Assembly: GCF_018350175.1 (NCBI RefSeq)
Contig: NC_058368.1
Span: forward strand, 41,108,001 to 41,172,000
Length of the DNA: 64,000 bases
Reading direction: 5' to 3'
Source: Felis catus
Lineage: Eukaryota
The stretch's first letter is position 1; the number at the start of each line of letters is the position of its first letter. The notes beneath the pieces were generated by a model that was not told the origin of the DNA, ran no database searches, and saw nothing but the letters and a program-made list of their open reading frames with translations. This document shows positions 13,133-25,756 of this stretch, piece by piece. A program made the translations under genes and the position numbers.

Positions 13133-13349
13133 TAATTTTTTAATGTTTATTTATTTATTTTGAGTGTGTGTGTGTGTGTGTGTGTGAGCAGGGGAAGGGC
13201 AAAGAGAGAGGGAAAGAGAGAATCCCAAGCAGGCCCCGTGCTGTCAGTACATAGCCTGACATGGGGTTCAATCTCACAAACTGAGAGATCATAACCTGTC
13301 CCAAAATCAAGAGTCAGACGTTCAACCAGCTGTGCCACCCAGGTGCCCC
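13133..13349 (-). mobile_element. CAN-SINE with (TG)n
   Basis: Ends CCAGGTGCCCC; TSD TAAGTTATATTT at 13117-13128 and 13350-13361. Confidence 0.95.
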
Positions 13350-13479
13350 TAAGTTATATTTCTCTTAAATATTTGACATGTTTTAATGCTACTTAAAGTG
13401 GCATGTTTTTAGTTTTAGCCTTCTAAATCTTGTTTTGCTATTTAGGTCCTAAAATTTAGGACCTTCTTAAAACAAGGTT

Positions 13480-15092
13480 CTTGCTCTTTTCCACGTCTTA
13501 TCATATGCCTGCCGTCAGTCATCCTGGACATTATCTTGTGGATATGGCAATGGAAAACAGTAAAATGAAGAATGTGCCAATTAGCAAGTGCTTGCCAGGC
13601 CTCTGATGATGCTACTATTGACAGGTTTCCATTGGGCAAAACAAATCACACAGAAGAGCTCTCCCACTTTCTTAGCCAAGCAGTTTTTAAGTATGCATCA
13701 GTGAAATTAATCTACCTGAATTCACCTTCTGGCCACAATTTCTTATATCTTCCCCATATGTAGTGTGTGTTAACACCTATCCAGGGACCATACATATCTC
13801 ATCAAATCCTAGCTCTGAACTTGGAGTCTAAGAACTTGTGATGTACATTTGGTCCAGATGTAGCACCAGGTGTGCTGCTCCTCTTGATTTGGACACTTAC
13901 GAAAGTAAGAGACCACTTATCTGTGCCTCACACACCCAAAATGCAATGGCCACTAAGGAGAGGATGATTTATAAGCGCTCCAAGTGAATAGGAGAAAAAT
14001 GGGAGATAGCTGTTGTCACTGGCCCAGAGCTATTCTGCAATCCAGCTGGCACATTTGGCAGGTACCCAAACTATGGGGGCAAGGAATGTTCAGCCTCTTG
14101 GAAGTCGCTTCTCCAGTCCATTTTTCTCTGTAACCTTTGATTCTATCCTCTGGGAAGTCCTTCTTTTTTTACCCTTCTTCACCACTTCTGAATGAGACAT
14201 TGGGCTACATGCTCTTTATGCAGCATCCTTAGTGTGTTTCCAGCCTGGAGAAATTTGGAGGCCTAAGGTATATTTCCATCTTGAAACTTTAGTCCCTTTT
14301 AATCCAAGGTGGATGAACAGTTGCTAATGGCAGTCCCCATGAAATGTGTTTCTTATAAATGTGAATTCATTCCATTCCAAGTGTCAAAAGCCACATTCAC
14401 AAACTTTTAAAGTCGTGCCTCTCCCTACATGTCTAACCATTGCCACTCCTGTGCTGCTGGAGACAACGGCCCTGAATCTCTAGAAATGTTTTGCCTCACA
14501 GGTCATAGTCCTTTAACTTTTCCGATGGTGTTGACAAAGGAACTGACAGCCCTGCCTTCCACGTGGGCTTTGCCCCCAGATTGAGAAATCTTTTTTGTTG
14601 AAAGAGGCTAGAGATAAGATTTTATTTTCCAACCTAGACTGTTTTGAGCTCTTTTTATTTCATCTAAAATTTGCTTGCAATCTCTCTAGTTCCCTTTTTA
14701 GCTTTCCTCTTTCTTTTAGTATCTTATGTTCACCTAGTAAAATCCACACGCTATGCCAACATTCTTCTCAGAAATCTCACTGCTCAAATTTTGAAGTTTA
14801 TTAGGGACCCTTTTCTGTCCTTCAAGATACCACACAGAGCAATCTTCTCATCTGTGTCACAACTGTATTATATGGATTACAAGTTTTCCAGCCCTCTGTA
14901 ACAGTTTTCTTACCACTTTTACCAGCACTGGCAACTAGTCTCTTTAGTATTTTGCCAGCTTCTGCTAGTGACCTGGTCTCAAAACCCAAACCTCAGAGTT
15001 TTTTATTGTTATTTTTCCAGTAGCACCACACTCCCTATAATAAATTTCTGTCTGATATAACCTATAGCAACATAACAAGCCCCTCAAAACTC
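13480..15092 (-). mobile_element. MaLR (old MLT1 type): partial LTR, internal region and start of second LTR
   Basis: LTR motif TTCCATTGGGCAAAACAAATCACA; internal motifs CCAAAATGCAATGG and GGAGAAAAATGGGAG; junction GCACCACACTCCCTATAATAAATTTC-TGTCTG...CATAACAAGCCCCTCAAAACT at ~15049. Confidence 0.65.
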
Positions 15093-15126
15093 CTTCTCTC
15101 TGTAATGTATGTGTTTGTTTCTCTGT

Positions 15127-15900
15127 CAGCAGTTCTCAGAATGTGCTCAAAGGTCTTTTGGAATCCCAAAGTCTCTCAAGGGTCTATAATGTCAAAATTA
15201 GTTTTACCATAATTCTAAAATATCATTTTCCCTTTTCACCCAAAAATGTTCAGCAGAGTTTTTCAGAGGTCAGATGAAATGTGATGACATGCTTTTTCTA
15301 AATGTTAATGGAATGGTTAACTGTGTATTCTTGTTTTTCCCATAATTTTCTAAGTGAGTAAGTTCAAGGTATAAATATGGCATTTTCAGAGACTAATTCA
15401 GTTTGTCCTCAGTATTTTTTATGCTCAGTATTTTTGTGCTCTGCTGAAATGTGTTTGCTTATATTTGACATAAACTCTGTAACCTTATTATGGTCCACAA
15501 ATTTGGAATTTTTAAATCCCCATGTGGCTCCATGAGTCAAAACATGAAGAAAGTATGCTTCCCCTCCCCCACCCTTGTGCTCTTGATTGGTTATAGTATT
15601 TTAAAACTTTAAAAAATATTTAAAATTTATCTAAAACTGATGTCACCTTAGATTTTAATAATCTAACATTCTAATTTTCTTGTTAATCGCAGACTCTTTT
15701 GTAGCTTTAGTCCACTCACTATTTCTGTGCTATCGTTGTTCAAGACAACAGGTCCGTGGAGAAATGCATCATGTTTCTGAATTCAGCTTTTTCTCAGGGA
15801 AAACAATCAAAACCATCTGAAAACAACTTAGTTTTAATATCCCTTTACCTTAGTCCGCCTTTTACATATGAGATTGAGAAATATTTCATATTGATAATGG
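15127..15900 (+). mobile_element. Charlie1-type hAT DNA transposon fossil (5' part)
   Basis: Begins CAGCAGTTCTCAGAATGTG; downstream GTCAAAATTAGTTTTACCATAATTCTAAAA and TTTTCAGAGACTAATTCAGTTTGTCCTCAGTA match the recalled Charlie1 consensus. Confidence 0.75.
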
Positions 15901-16499
15901 ATATATTGTCAGAAGTTGTTTTTTTTTTTGTCTCATATTTTTTGGGGAAAAGATAAAAGCACCTGAAAGCAATTTTTAGTTAATTGGTAAGGCTTTTATA
16001 GTTAAAACTTTAAACTTTATTTTCCATTTACTTCTTAAGTAGGACCTACTTTTGTATCTTTGTGGAATATGTACAAAAGATAAAATGACAGAAAATGGAA
16101 ATATAAAAGCCGAAATATATTACTCTCCACATGTAAAATGTGTTTGGTTGATTCCATCTATTAAATTTTATCCTAGTATATTTGAAAATGGATGAGACAG
16201 TATTTGCTTTTTAAATATGCCCATCAAAGAATCTGAGAAGAATGAATCTTTTACTAATGGACACCAGATTAAATACGCTTCTTATTTCACTATATGCCAC
16301 TATAATAATGCTGCTAGGTTTTACTTTATGATTTCACCATAAAAATCTCAAAATCTTCTGCAACTCTAAATGCCGTATACAAATGATATTGAAGTTTATG
16401 TTACGTAAATTTTGTAAGATTGATGACATGGAAATTACCTGAAAATGATTCATATCTTTTAAAAAATTAGTATGTATTTGGGTATCAGAATTTGCTCAC

Positions 16500-17750
16500 A
16501 AAGAATTAGGTCAGAGCCAAAAGTTGTTCATGTCGTTTTTCTCTTCAGCTCATTCTTTAATCCATCCTCTTCTTTCTCTCTCCACTTGTATCTCCTGAGT
16601 CCAAATAACCATGATTTCCCACCTCACCCAGTGTAGTGCCCTGATAACCAAATTTCCTGAATCTACTTACTCTCTCCAAGTCCTACTCTACATGTAAGAG
16701 TGATATTTTAAAACTGCATTTTGTTTACTTCATTGCCTCCATTTCTCAAAAATTTACTTTAAATGATATATATCAATCAAAATTAGGTTTGGCCAAGCAT
16801 ACCCATTACAATAAATATAGCAGTGTCTAAAAAGAAATAAAATATCATGTTTTTTCATAAAATAAATTTTGAAGTAAAACTTTTAGGGCTGATTTGTTAA
16901 TTCCACGATGTCATCAAGAAACCAGGCTCTTGTTGTTTCACTCTACCATCTTCATTTACTGAGTGTCTTTCACAAAAACCACCTCATAATATGAAATGGC
17001 TGATATAGCACCAGCAATTGCATCCATATTGCAGGAAGTTGGTAGAAGAAAATTTGTCCCTCACAGCTGAGTCAGATTCTTTTAAACAGGCTTTTTACAT
17101 TTCATACAAATACTTTGTTTTACTGTGATTGAGTAGAATTTGGTCACATGATTACCTCATGCTACCAGAAAGGCTGGGTGAAATCTTTACTCTGTTTTAC
17201 TACAATGTGAAAAGGGATAATTGATGGGCAATTAATGATGGCTACTACAGTTTCCATTTTTCCTAGAATAAAATTAAAATCTCTACTATGGCTTGTGAAG
17301 CCCTGGATGTTCCAAATCTTGCCTCATTTCACACATCATCCCTCCAGTAGTGCTCTGTGTTGAAATTATATTGACCTTCCCCCAGGTTTCAAATATGGCA
17401 CATACACTCTTAGTACCTTATTTTCTATTTCTTTAAAATACTTACCCTCACTTAAAAAAAAATTCTGCTTAACCTAAAGATCTCTACTAAGCACATTGCT
17501 CAAGAGATTATTCCTTGATCCTTCCCCTTACACAATTAACTCTCCCTGTTGATTATTCCCATTATCATGCATAAATTTTCTTTATAACACTTATTTTAAT
17601 TACTCATACATGATTGTTTGATTATTTGGTCAAAGAGATATTGATTGTCATGAGAGCAAAAATTATATTTTTTGCTCATAATTATTTTTCTGGGTTAATT
17701 AGATTGCCTTGTAGTGATGCAATTTGATAATTAATTGATTGGATGAAAGG
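16500..17750 (+). mobile_element. L2 3' fragment, split by an MLT1 LTR
   Basis: AGAGTGATATTTTAAAACTGCA ... TAGAATAAAATTAAAATCTCTACTATGGCTTGTGAAGCCCTG ... degenerate TGAA-type tail near 17740. Confidence 0.7.
16768..17250 (-). mobile_element. MLT1K-like MaLR LTR nested in L2
   Basis: GATGTCATCAAGAAACCAGGCTC, AAATGGCTGATATAGCACCAGC, GAATTTGGTCACATG...AAAGGCTGGG, ends GGCTACTACA. Confidence 0.7.
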
Positions 17751-18249
17751 CTGAAAAACAAATGAACAGAGCTTGATACAGTACTAACAGTGAATTACTA
17801 TTTTTTGGAAGATTATATATTTTTAAAGGTTAAATAGACCTGTTTTTTCCAAATGATGGAGAATATCTATTGCTATTTTACTCTCTTCAAATCCTAGTGA
17901 ATTCACAAAAAAATTTAAACTTTTATATACTATGAAGGAAATTAGACAAACACTTTAAACCATGAATCAAAATGAGGGAACATCTTGAAAAAAGTAGAAG
18001 CAGTATTCTTCCTGGAATACTGAATATCATAGATTTTGGGAAAATAAGTAGCCAGGCACTTCAAAAGATAAGGAATAACCATAAGAAGACAACCTGAATT
18101 TTTGTGTTTAGTAAATTTTCAAATGCATATCAATGAAAACTTAATTTTAAAATCTGAATTTTTAAAATGAAACGTGAAGGATTCAGACAAATACCTTATG
18201 GATTAAAAAAATACAGATAATATATCTTTCAAAACTACCTTAAAATGAA

Positions 18250-18391
18250 GGGTGCCTGTGTGGCTCAAGCAGTTGAGCATCTGACTCTTGATTTCAACTC
18301 AGGTCATGATCTCTCAGTTTGTAGGACTGAGCTGACCGCACAGATCCTGCTTGGGATTCTCTCTCTCCCTCTCTCTGCCCCTCCCCTGCTT

Positions 18392-18434
<43 letters not shown>

Positions 18435-18455
18435 AATAAATTAATAAACTTAAAA
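18250..18455 (+). mobile_element. CAN-SINE (small internal deletion)
   Basis: GGGTGCCTGTGTGGCTCAAGCAGTTGAGC head, long (CT)n, A tail. Confidence 0.93.
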
Positions 18456-19171
18456 AACCCTTAATATGAGGTAAATGTGTTGATGAAGTCTCAAAATCTA
18501 TAAGAGTAATGACACCAAAAGAAATACAAATAAGTAGAAATCAGTAAAATAACACAAGAGAAAAATTAAAATGTTGCAGAGATTAAAAACATTAAAGCCC
18601 TGAATTATAAATATTTATATCTTAAATAAAATTCAGGATGTTTAGAAATTTTACAAATATCATAAAATTAAACAGAAAAAAGCAATTTAAATATTTGTAA
18701 GAATATGCGTGCTAGATGATTCAGACTTGGAAAACCTAACTACACACACACACACAGACACACACACACACACAGAGTGAAAAGGCTAAAAGAAAAGGCT
18801 AAAAGAAACTGGAAAAAAGATAAGAATAACTAGAACATAAAATTAAGATATTCTCAAATGTGTCTCAAAAGAAGAAAGGCTTCAATCTTGTGACAAAAAG
18901 GGCACAGCAATCATTAATAAATTTTAGACTGAAAGATTTCAAACAAATCCTATTGTTCTACAAAACCTTAAGTGTACAAGGTGACTTGATCACATTAGTA
19001 TTGTTCTATTCTACTAACTACAAATCATCTAATGAAAAGCTCTCAGAGGATGAAGAGCTTTTGGTTCAGGAAGGCAGGGCATATATGTTCAAACTAGGCT
19101 ACTTCTACTTCTGACTTCTATTTCTGTTGGTATACCACAGATTGTTACATGTTTGTCAAAACAACAAATCC

Positions 19172-19758
19172 TCAGATTTTGGGACAGATAGAAATTGAGC
19201 ATCTAAGACTCATAGACTGGTTATCTCTAGGCATCCTGGTAGAGTAGACAGTTAATCATGAGCTGGAGACCAGGACAGTGATAAATAGGCCATGAGGTCC
19301 TGACCTTGTGGCTTCCAAGACCATGAAGCTAACAGACCAAGAGCCGCCAAGGGAACGCAGAGCATGCATTCTCTTCTTCCATCTCTGCCCCAGGGCATTT
19401 GCATTGTGGTTTTAGCTTTCCACCCCAATGAAGAAAGGCAGCCTGGACAGTTCTGGACAAACCTTGTAAGGTCAAAGACTCCTTCTCCCAACCTGTGGGA
19501 GGAGTCTCCCAAATGATTGGAATCAACGTCCATTAGAGACCACCCCACTGTACGATACAGCTCCTCCCAGGCCAATAAATATCTAATTCCAAAACAACCT
19601 AGGGGCTGGTTCTACTTCCCAGAACCTTCAGGCTCTCCCTTAGAGAGTGTACTGTTGCTTTAATAAGCTTGTCTTCTGCTTTCACTTTACACCTAATTCT
19701 CTAATTGTTTTCTTGCGTCAGTGGCAAGAGCCGAGACACAACCCTTTCCACGCTGACA
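19172..19758 (+). mobile_element. Solo LTR, ERV1-like (carnivore)
   Basis: GC-richer ~590-bp block with CCAATAAATA and TTAATAAG motifs and U5-like TTTTCTTGCG...GCTGACA end; flanking ATCC(T) duplication at 19168 and 19759. Confidence 0.7.
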
Positions 19759-20109
19759 ATCCTTTTTACTCCATTGTGCCATAATTATTTTGCACTAAAG
19801 AGTTTGGAAGCACAGAATTAGAATATATTGCTACTCTTGGACAGATGAGGTGGGCTTATAGAAAACAACACTACAGTAAAGACCAGGCCACAGAGAATGT
19901 TGAATGAGAAAACTTGTTTGAATGTTGAAGAGAAAACTTGGCCACCTGTTACATGGAGCTACATCATCCCTTATGATGAACTTCTGGGGTACCTGCTGGT
20001 CTATACCTAGCCTTCTAGTTGCTAAGGGAGTAATATATAGGATTACAAAGACAGAAAGGCTTTTACTTTGTGCTTAAAAAGAGAACTGATGCTTCAAAGA
20101 TTGATGTAC

Positions 20110-20285
20110 AAAAAAATCCATAAGTGAAAAGGAAGAAAGGACAAATGAGGGAGGAAAGGAAGGAACAAACAAAGAAAAAAAGGGGGGGAGGGAACATGAG
20201 GGGGAAGGAAGGAATGAAAGAAGGGAAAGAGAAACATAAGGAAGGAAAAAAGGGAGGGAGGAAGGGAAGAAGGGAAAAGGCTGAG
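20110..20285. repeat. Purine-rich low-complexity tract (GGAA/GAAA-like)
   Basis: Directly visible. Confidence 0.9.
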
Positions 20286-21199
20286 CATGGGATTATATTA
20301 ATTAGATTGTGGAAACAGCAAGGAAACATTTGAGGTAGGATGCATTGTATCTGTTCTTATATTAGTGATGTATATTTTTGATTATGACTATCAGTGTAAG
20401 CAGTAATCAGTAAAGGAGGACATAACTACACAAGAGTTTATAAATGGAGGGGGTAAATAGGAGTTAATAATAACTTAATCAAAATGACAAAATAGGGAAC
20501 TTGAATAAAATATGAACATCTAGCAAAAAAATAAAGAGAAACCATGAAGTAAAATTTATAGTAAACCAATTATGTTACAAACAAAGATGTAATTTTTAAC
20601 TACAATTAGAAGAAATGTCAGAGGAATAGGTTTTCTCATTAAAAGATGAAGACAGATTATACTAACATGCAAAACTTGGTTACATAATTTTATTTAAAAC
20701 CTCAGAAAGATGAATAGGTAAAAAAATAGTTATTAGAAAAAATATAATTAAAAAGAAAGGGAAACACAAAACAATTAAGTGAATAATTTATGTTTTCAAG
20801 ATAAAATTTGCTTACAAAAATAAGTATAATGAAGACATGTTATATAAAGATATGTGTATTATATGAAAAAAACATAACAAATGTAAAACTATATGCATGA
20901 ACACACATGGAAAATAATTGAATAAAATTCCTTAGAAATGAAACAACTTTTAGAATTACAAAATTATAAGAGGATATTTAAGCAAATTCAGTATCACAAA
21001 GATATGATAGACTGAAAAAAAATGAAGTAAAAGATTTAATGCTTTGACTTATGGAGATTTAGAAGTATTCAGAGAATATACTATTTTGCGAACAGTGTGC
21101 ACTTTTCACATGTACATAGAATACTTAAAAACTGAGTTCCTATACTGACATAAAGGAAATGATGCATGTAAAAAGGAGCCCATTTTACAGCACCTACTA

Positions 21200-21432
21200 A
21201 TCCAACCCAAGTATATGACACTACTCTATAGCAGATACCATTCTAGCCATTGAACGTATTAAACGCTAATACTTGCAGCAATTCTATGAGATAGGTACTA
21301 TTATGCCTTCTCATAAATTAGAGAGCTGAGAGAGGGTCACTAAACCACCCAAGTACACTCAGTCTGCAAATGGTAAATGTAGAGCTCAAACCTAGGTAGT
21401 TATACTCCAAAGACTTCACTCTTAACCACTAT
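21200..21432 (-). mobile_element. MIR SINE
   Basis: CAATTCTATGAGATAGGTACTATTATG...CTCAAACCTAGGTAG...ACTCCAAAG...CTCTTAACCACTAT. Confidence 0.75.
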
Positions 21433-21510
21433 TTTTAACTGAATAGTAAGAGGTTAGGCTACGTCTGCAGAATATTTTTTTTCCTGTGATTACCATAACA
21501 AATCCCTTCT

Positions 21511-21920
21511 TGTGTGAGAGCATGTTACTCCTCAGCAAAACTCTCATCCTCCCTTTCTTCCTGGGTGCACAGCTTGAATGCATCTTTTCAGCTTCTTTTG
21601 CATGGATTGTGTCATTGTGATTGAGTTCTGGCTAATGGAATGTGAGTGAAAGTAGTTGTGCCAGTTTCAGACCAATCATAAATACCTCCCACTTTGCCCT
21701 CACCTGCTTTGAACACATGCTGAGTTAAATAATCCCAAAGATCTATAAGAGATCGCAGCCCCAGACTGAAGGATTCTGGTCCCAAAAGGATTGCATGGTG
21801 CAGGACCCCAGGGCATCTTGACTTCTTCTGAGTAAGAAATAAATTTTTATTGTGTTAAGCCACTGGAATTTGGGAGTATTGTTAATTGTGATAGCAGTTG
21901 GCTTCCCACAACAAAATACT
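21511..21920 (+). mobile_element. MLT1H/I/J-like MaLR LTR
   Basis: CTTCCTGGGTGCACAGCT, GAGTTCTGGCTAATGGAATGTGAG, GAAATAAATTTTTATTGTGTTAAGCCACTG. Confidence 0.8.
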
Positions 21921-22747
21921 CTCCCGTAGGTATTTTATTCCAGTTAAATTCTTTCCATATGGAAGGATATTTCAGGAATGGAAAATAATATTCTCTTCAA
22001 GCATTCCACAGCTTTTGCTAATGGAAACATATTGAATTTAATCAATTTAGACATGATCAACCAGCAATGTGGCCATCTTCCTTGGAGGAGTCCAGCAGTC
22101 TGTTAGATAGTCCTTTCCATGAGTTCAAGAAGAGACTCTGTTAATATCACCCACTGCTCTTCTAAGTCTCCTCCTAAGACCACCTGTGACTAGTGCAAGT
22201 GTTTCTGAAATTATGTCAGAACAATGTGTTAACTAGGATTTTTCTCCATCATTGTATGTCCGCAGTCAAGATTTTACATCTTTCAATTTCTCATCTAATT
22301 TTTTTCAAACCCCATTGTCCAGCATAGTCTAGCAAAAGCTCTGCAAAACATCAAATTATAATGTTAAAATATTCTAGTAATAAAATGTCAACCATAAAAT
22401 ACCTTATTAAAAACCTAATCAAATTCCTGGGGAAAAGGAATCTAAAAACTCAATTATCTTGCAGATGAAAATATAATAATGTCAAACATGAAGGAATTAA
22501 AATATGAAACCAATGTTTAACCATATTTGAGTAAAAAAATAAAGAAATTTGAGTCTATTATAATTTTACCTTCTGCTTTAGCCTTATCCTAAAAAGTTCT
22601 TGCTAGCTAGGAGGAATCAACTCTTTTCAGAAGTTGCTTCTTGGGCTGTTTTCTCTGGGAATGGATATAGTTTTCTCAAAATCTTTGCAGTTGGTTTACT
22701 TTAGTTAAAAGTTTCTGATAAGTATTATGTTTTAAAGAGTTCAGAAA

Positions 22748-22918
22748 GGGGTGCCTGGGTGGCTCAGTCGGTTGAGCGTCCAACCTTTGATCTCGGCTCA
22801 GGTCATGATCATGCAGTACATGGGATCAAGCCCTGCATCAGGCTCTGTGCTGACAGCACAGAACCTGCTTGGGATACTCTCTCTTCCTCTCTCTATGCCC
22901 TTCCTCTGCTTGTTCTTG

Positions 22919-22975
<57 letters not shown>

Positions 22976-23000
22976 AATAAATAAATAAACTAAAACAAAT
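22748..23000 (+). mobile_element. CAN-SINE with long (CT)n
   Basis: GGGGTGCCTGGGTGGCTCAGTCGGTTGAGCG head; A-rich tail; degenerate TSD. Confidence 0.95.
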
Positions 23001-24219
23001 AAAAAGCTCAGAGAGTTAATAGGACACACTTGATTTTTTCAGCTCCTGTACCACTCCTTGCCAAATGTAGAAAATAAACCATTTTCCAATCCCTAGCACA
23101 GTAATCCAAAGTAAAAAAAAAAAAAAAAAGTGCTAATCAAGCATTCCAACCTAGTGTTAATCCAATAGATTCCAATAACCGTAGCAGAGACTCAGAATCT
23201 GAAAGAATGCAGAGCAGGAAAAGAAAAAAAAAGTCAGACTTACCGTGTGAACTCAAACTCAACTAGCAGGAATCTCCAAGCGAGTACTTAATTTTCATAT
23301 TACAGATTTCTAAATAGTGGAATTAGGATGTTTCCCCTATGCATGCTCTTTGTTCCCTCAAAGTCTAGAGATATTGCCATCTTCTTCTAAGTTTTAGAAA
23401 TGAATAGTAGTTCCAGTTAATATATTTTCTCTGAGTGGTTTTTATTTCCATCCAGTGTACTCAAATCTTATTTTTATTTCCTCTTTACACTCCACATTTT
23501 TGCAACTTCCATGTAAATTGGGGGCTTTAGATAATGGCATCACTTCCACACTTAGCTGTGAACATACATGTTTATTCCTGTGCTATGATGGCTTACTCTT
23601 CTCTCTGGCCATGAGTTAGTTTAGCAGTAAGATTACCTTTATGTTGTAGATGCTAAGCAATACAGAGTACATAGAATGTTACTGTTGAGACTGTGAATTC
23701 AGTTCCTTCATCCAAATTTCCCTTCGTGGCCCAACACAATGGAATTTGAAAACCACAGATGCCTACCTAGGCTCACAATAAAAATTTTCAATAATTTCCC
23801 TAGTGTTCGTTAGCATAGAAAATTCAGCTGTTTTGAAGTTTAAAGGCTACAGTTATGTTGTGCCAATTGATATGTAAAATGATCTAAGTCAGGTTCACCC
23901 TTGTCTACAATATTAAGTCAATTTTTTTTGATGTAGTTCAAGGTCAGCAGCCTGAGAGATGTCTGTTCAAAATCCGTGCTTGTTAAAAAATATTTGTCTT
24001 TGCTGTGGTCAGTGCCATTGACTTTTGCATCTTAGGCTTTTTCAACCCAAAGTTCTGTGGTTTGCTTGCTGGACCTTGATCAGTTGGTATTTCTGAGTCC
24101 ATCATATGGCCAACTTTTATGTTCTTTGCCTTGGCTGTCTTCCTCAATTCCTTCCCAGAAGTAAACACTGTGTGGGGTTGGTGCCCCTAATCTCCTCTGC
24201 ACATTGTTCGATCAATCAA

Positions 24220-24390
24220 TATATATTCAATACATATATTCAATATATGTGTGTGTGTTCTATAGATAGGTAGATAGAATATTTATCTATAGATATATAG
24301 ATATATATAGATAGATGTATGTATATATACAGAAAAATATATATTTATATACATATAAATATATATATTACATATACATATATATACCGA
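24220..24390. repeat. (TA)/(TAGA)-rich low-complexity tract
   Basis: Directly visible. Confidence 0.85.
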
Positions 24391-25060
24391 TAAAAATGTA
24401 AGTCTCCTAGATATTAACTTGTGTCCTCAATTACCACAAGTGGTAACAGGAGAAGGTTGGACTTAAATATATGTCTCTTCTGTTCCAAAGGTCACGAACT
24501 TTCCACCCTCCAACTTTTGATCAGTAATCCCAGGAATAGGCATGTCAATACTTATATACTAGAAAACTTTAGACCGGGTATGTTTAATATGAAAAATCAA
24601 GATTAGTTTTATAAACCGCCATTTAACCATCATCACCTTTTAAAATTAGGAACATATTATCAATCTTGCTTAATTTGCCATCTAACTCAATCCTCAATCC
24701 TTTAATTTAGATTTTAAAGAAAATCAAAGATGTCATATTGTTTTTACCTAGTGTCTTTTTTTGTTATCCCTAAAAGAACTAATGTTTTGACATAACTATG
24801 ATAGTATTATAAAACAGAAAAGTAATTAACAATAATCTCTTAATATTTAGGCAGTAATAAAATGTCCTGGATTATTACATAATAACCTCTAACTATATTA
24901 TTTGTCAACAATTCCTTTGATAATTAGATTTGGGATGTCAAAGTTCCTGTATACTCCACTATCTTCTCTTTGACTTTCCGTTCATTCTTGTGGATGAATA
25001 GTCACATGAACTAGATTTATTTTATTATTTCCATATTAATGCAGAAAAATACAAAATTGC

Positions 25061-25180
25061 TATAAAGAATTACCATTTTTATTTTTATTTTATCCAGTAT
25101 TACATTTTATAATGATAAAAGTAATATAAAGAATTACCAATTTTATTTTTCTTTTATCCAGGATTTCATTTCATAATGAT
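25061..25180. repeat. Tandem duplication, 56-bp unit, period 64
   Basis: TATAAAGAATTACCA...ATAATGAT at 25061-25116 and 25125-25180, 5 mismatches. Confidence 0.9.
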
Positions 25181-25364
25181 CCATTATTCATGAAGATTAG
25201 TTTTAACATAATATAGATAAAAATGCACCCTTATGCAGTCATTGACTCCCAATAGGTTCTTATGGTTATACCTGTTTTTACATTAAATTGTTGAAATAGT
25301 AGCATATCAAGAGATTCAGTATCTCTCAGACTGAAATATAAGAAAAACAAAAAAGATAGTCTGA

Positions 25365-25756
25365 TATACACAATGGAGTACTACGTGGCAATGAGAAAGA
25401 TGAAATATGGCCCTTTGTAGCAATGTGGATGGAACTGGAGAGTGTGATGCTAAGTGAAATAAGCCATACAGAGAAAGACAGATACCATATGGTTTCACTC
25501 TTATGTGGATCCTGAGAAACTTAACAGAAACCCATGGGGGAGGGGAAGGAAAAAAAAAGAGGTTAGAGTGGAAGAGAGCCAAAGCATAAGAGACTCTTAC
25601 AAACTGAGAACAAACTGAGGGTTGATGGGGTGTGGGAGGGAGAGGAGGGTGGGTGATGGGTATTGAGGAGGGCACCTTTTGGGATGAGCACTGGGTGTTG
25701 TATGGAAACCAATTTGACAGTAAACTTCATATATTGAAAAAAAAATTTTTTAAATA
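25365..25756 (+). mobile_element. 5'-truncated felid-type L1 (ORF2 C-terminal end plus 3'UTR)
   Basis: TGGATGGAACTGGAGAGTGTGATGCTAAGTGAAATAAG, GGATGAGCACTGGGTGTTGTATGGAAACCAATTTGAC, A tail; TSD AAA(A/C)GATAGTCTGA at 25351-25364 and 25757-25770. Confidence 0.95.

Larger units (their letters stand above)
11520..13440 (-). mobile_element. Old L1M 3' region (ORF2 end and 3'UTR), interrupted by a templated insertion and a SINE
   Basis: Antisense L1 motifs TTCAGTTTGGGGATAATATAAATAATGCTG, GTTGCAAATATCTTTCCCA, CTATTCTTGCACCAAAACTATACTGTCTT. Confidence 0.8.

Noticed and set aside
20063..20333. Lys/Glu/Gly-rich and Phe/Pro-rich ORFs
   Set aside because: They are translations of a purine-rich low-complexity tract.
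23983..24168. 61-aa Lys-rich minus-strand ORF with a short A run downstream (possible processed pseudogene)
   Set aside because: I could not match the peptide to any known protein, it lacks an ATG at the annotated start, and no TSD is evident. A BLASTX search would settle it.
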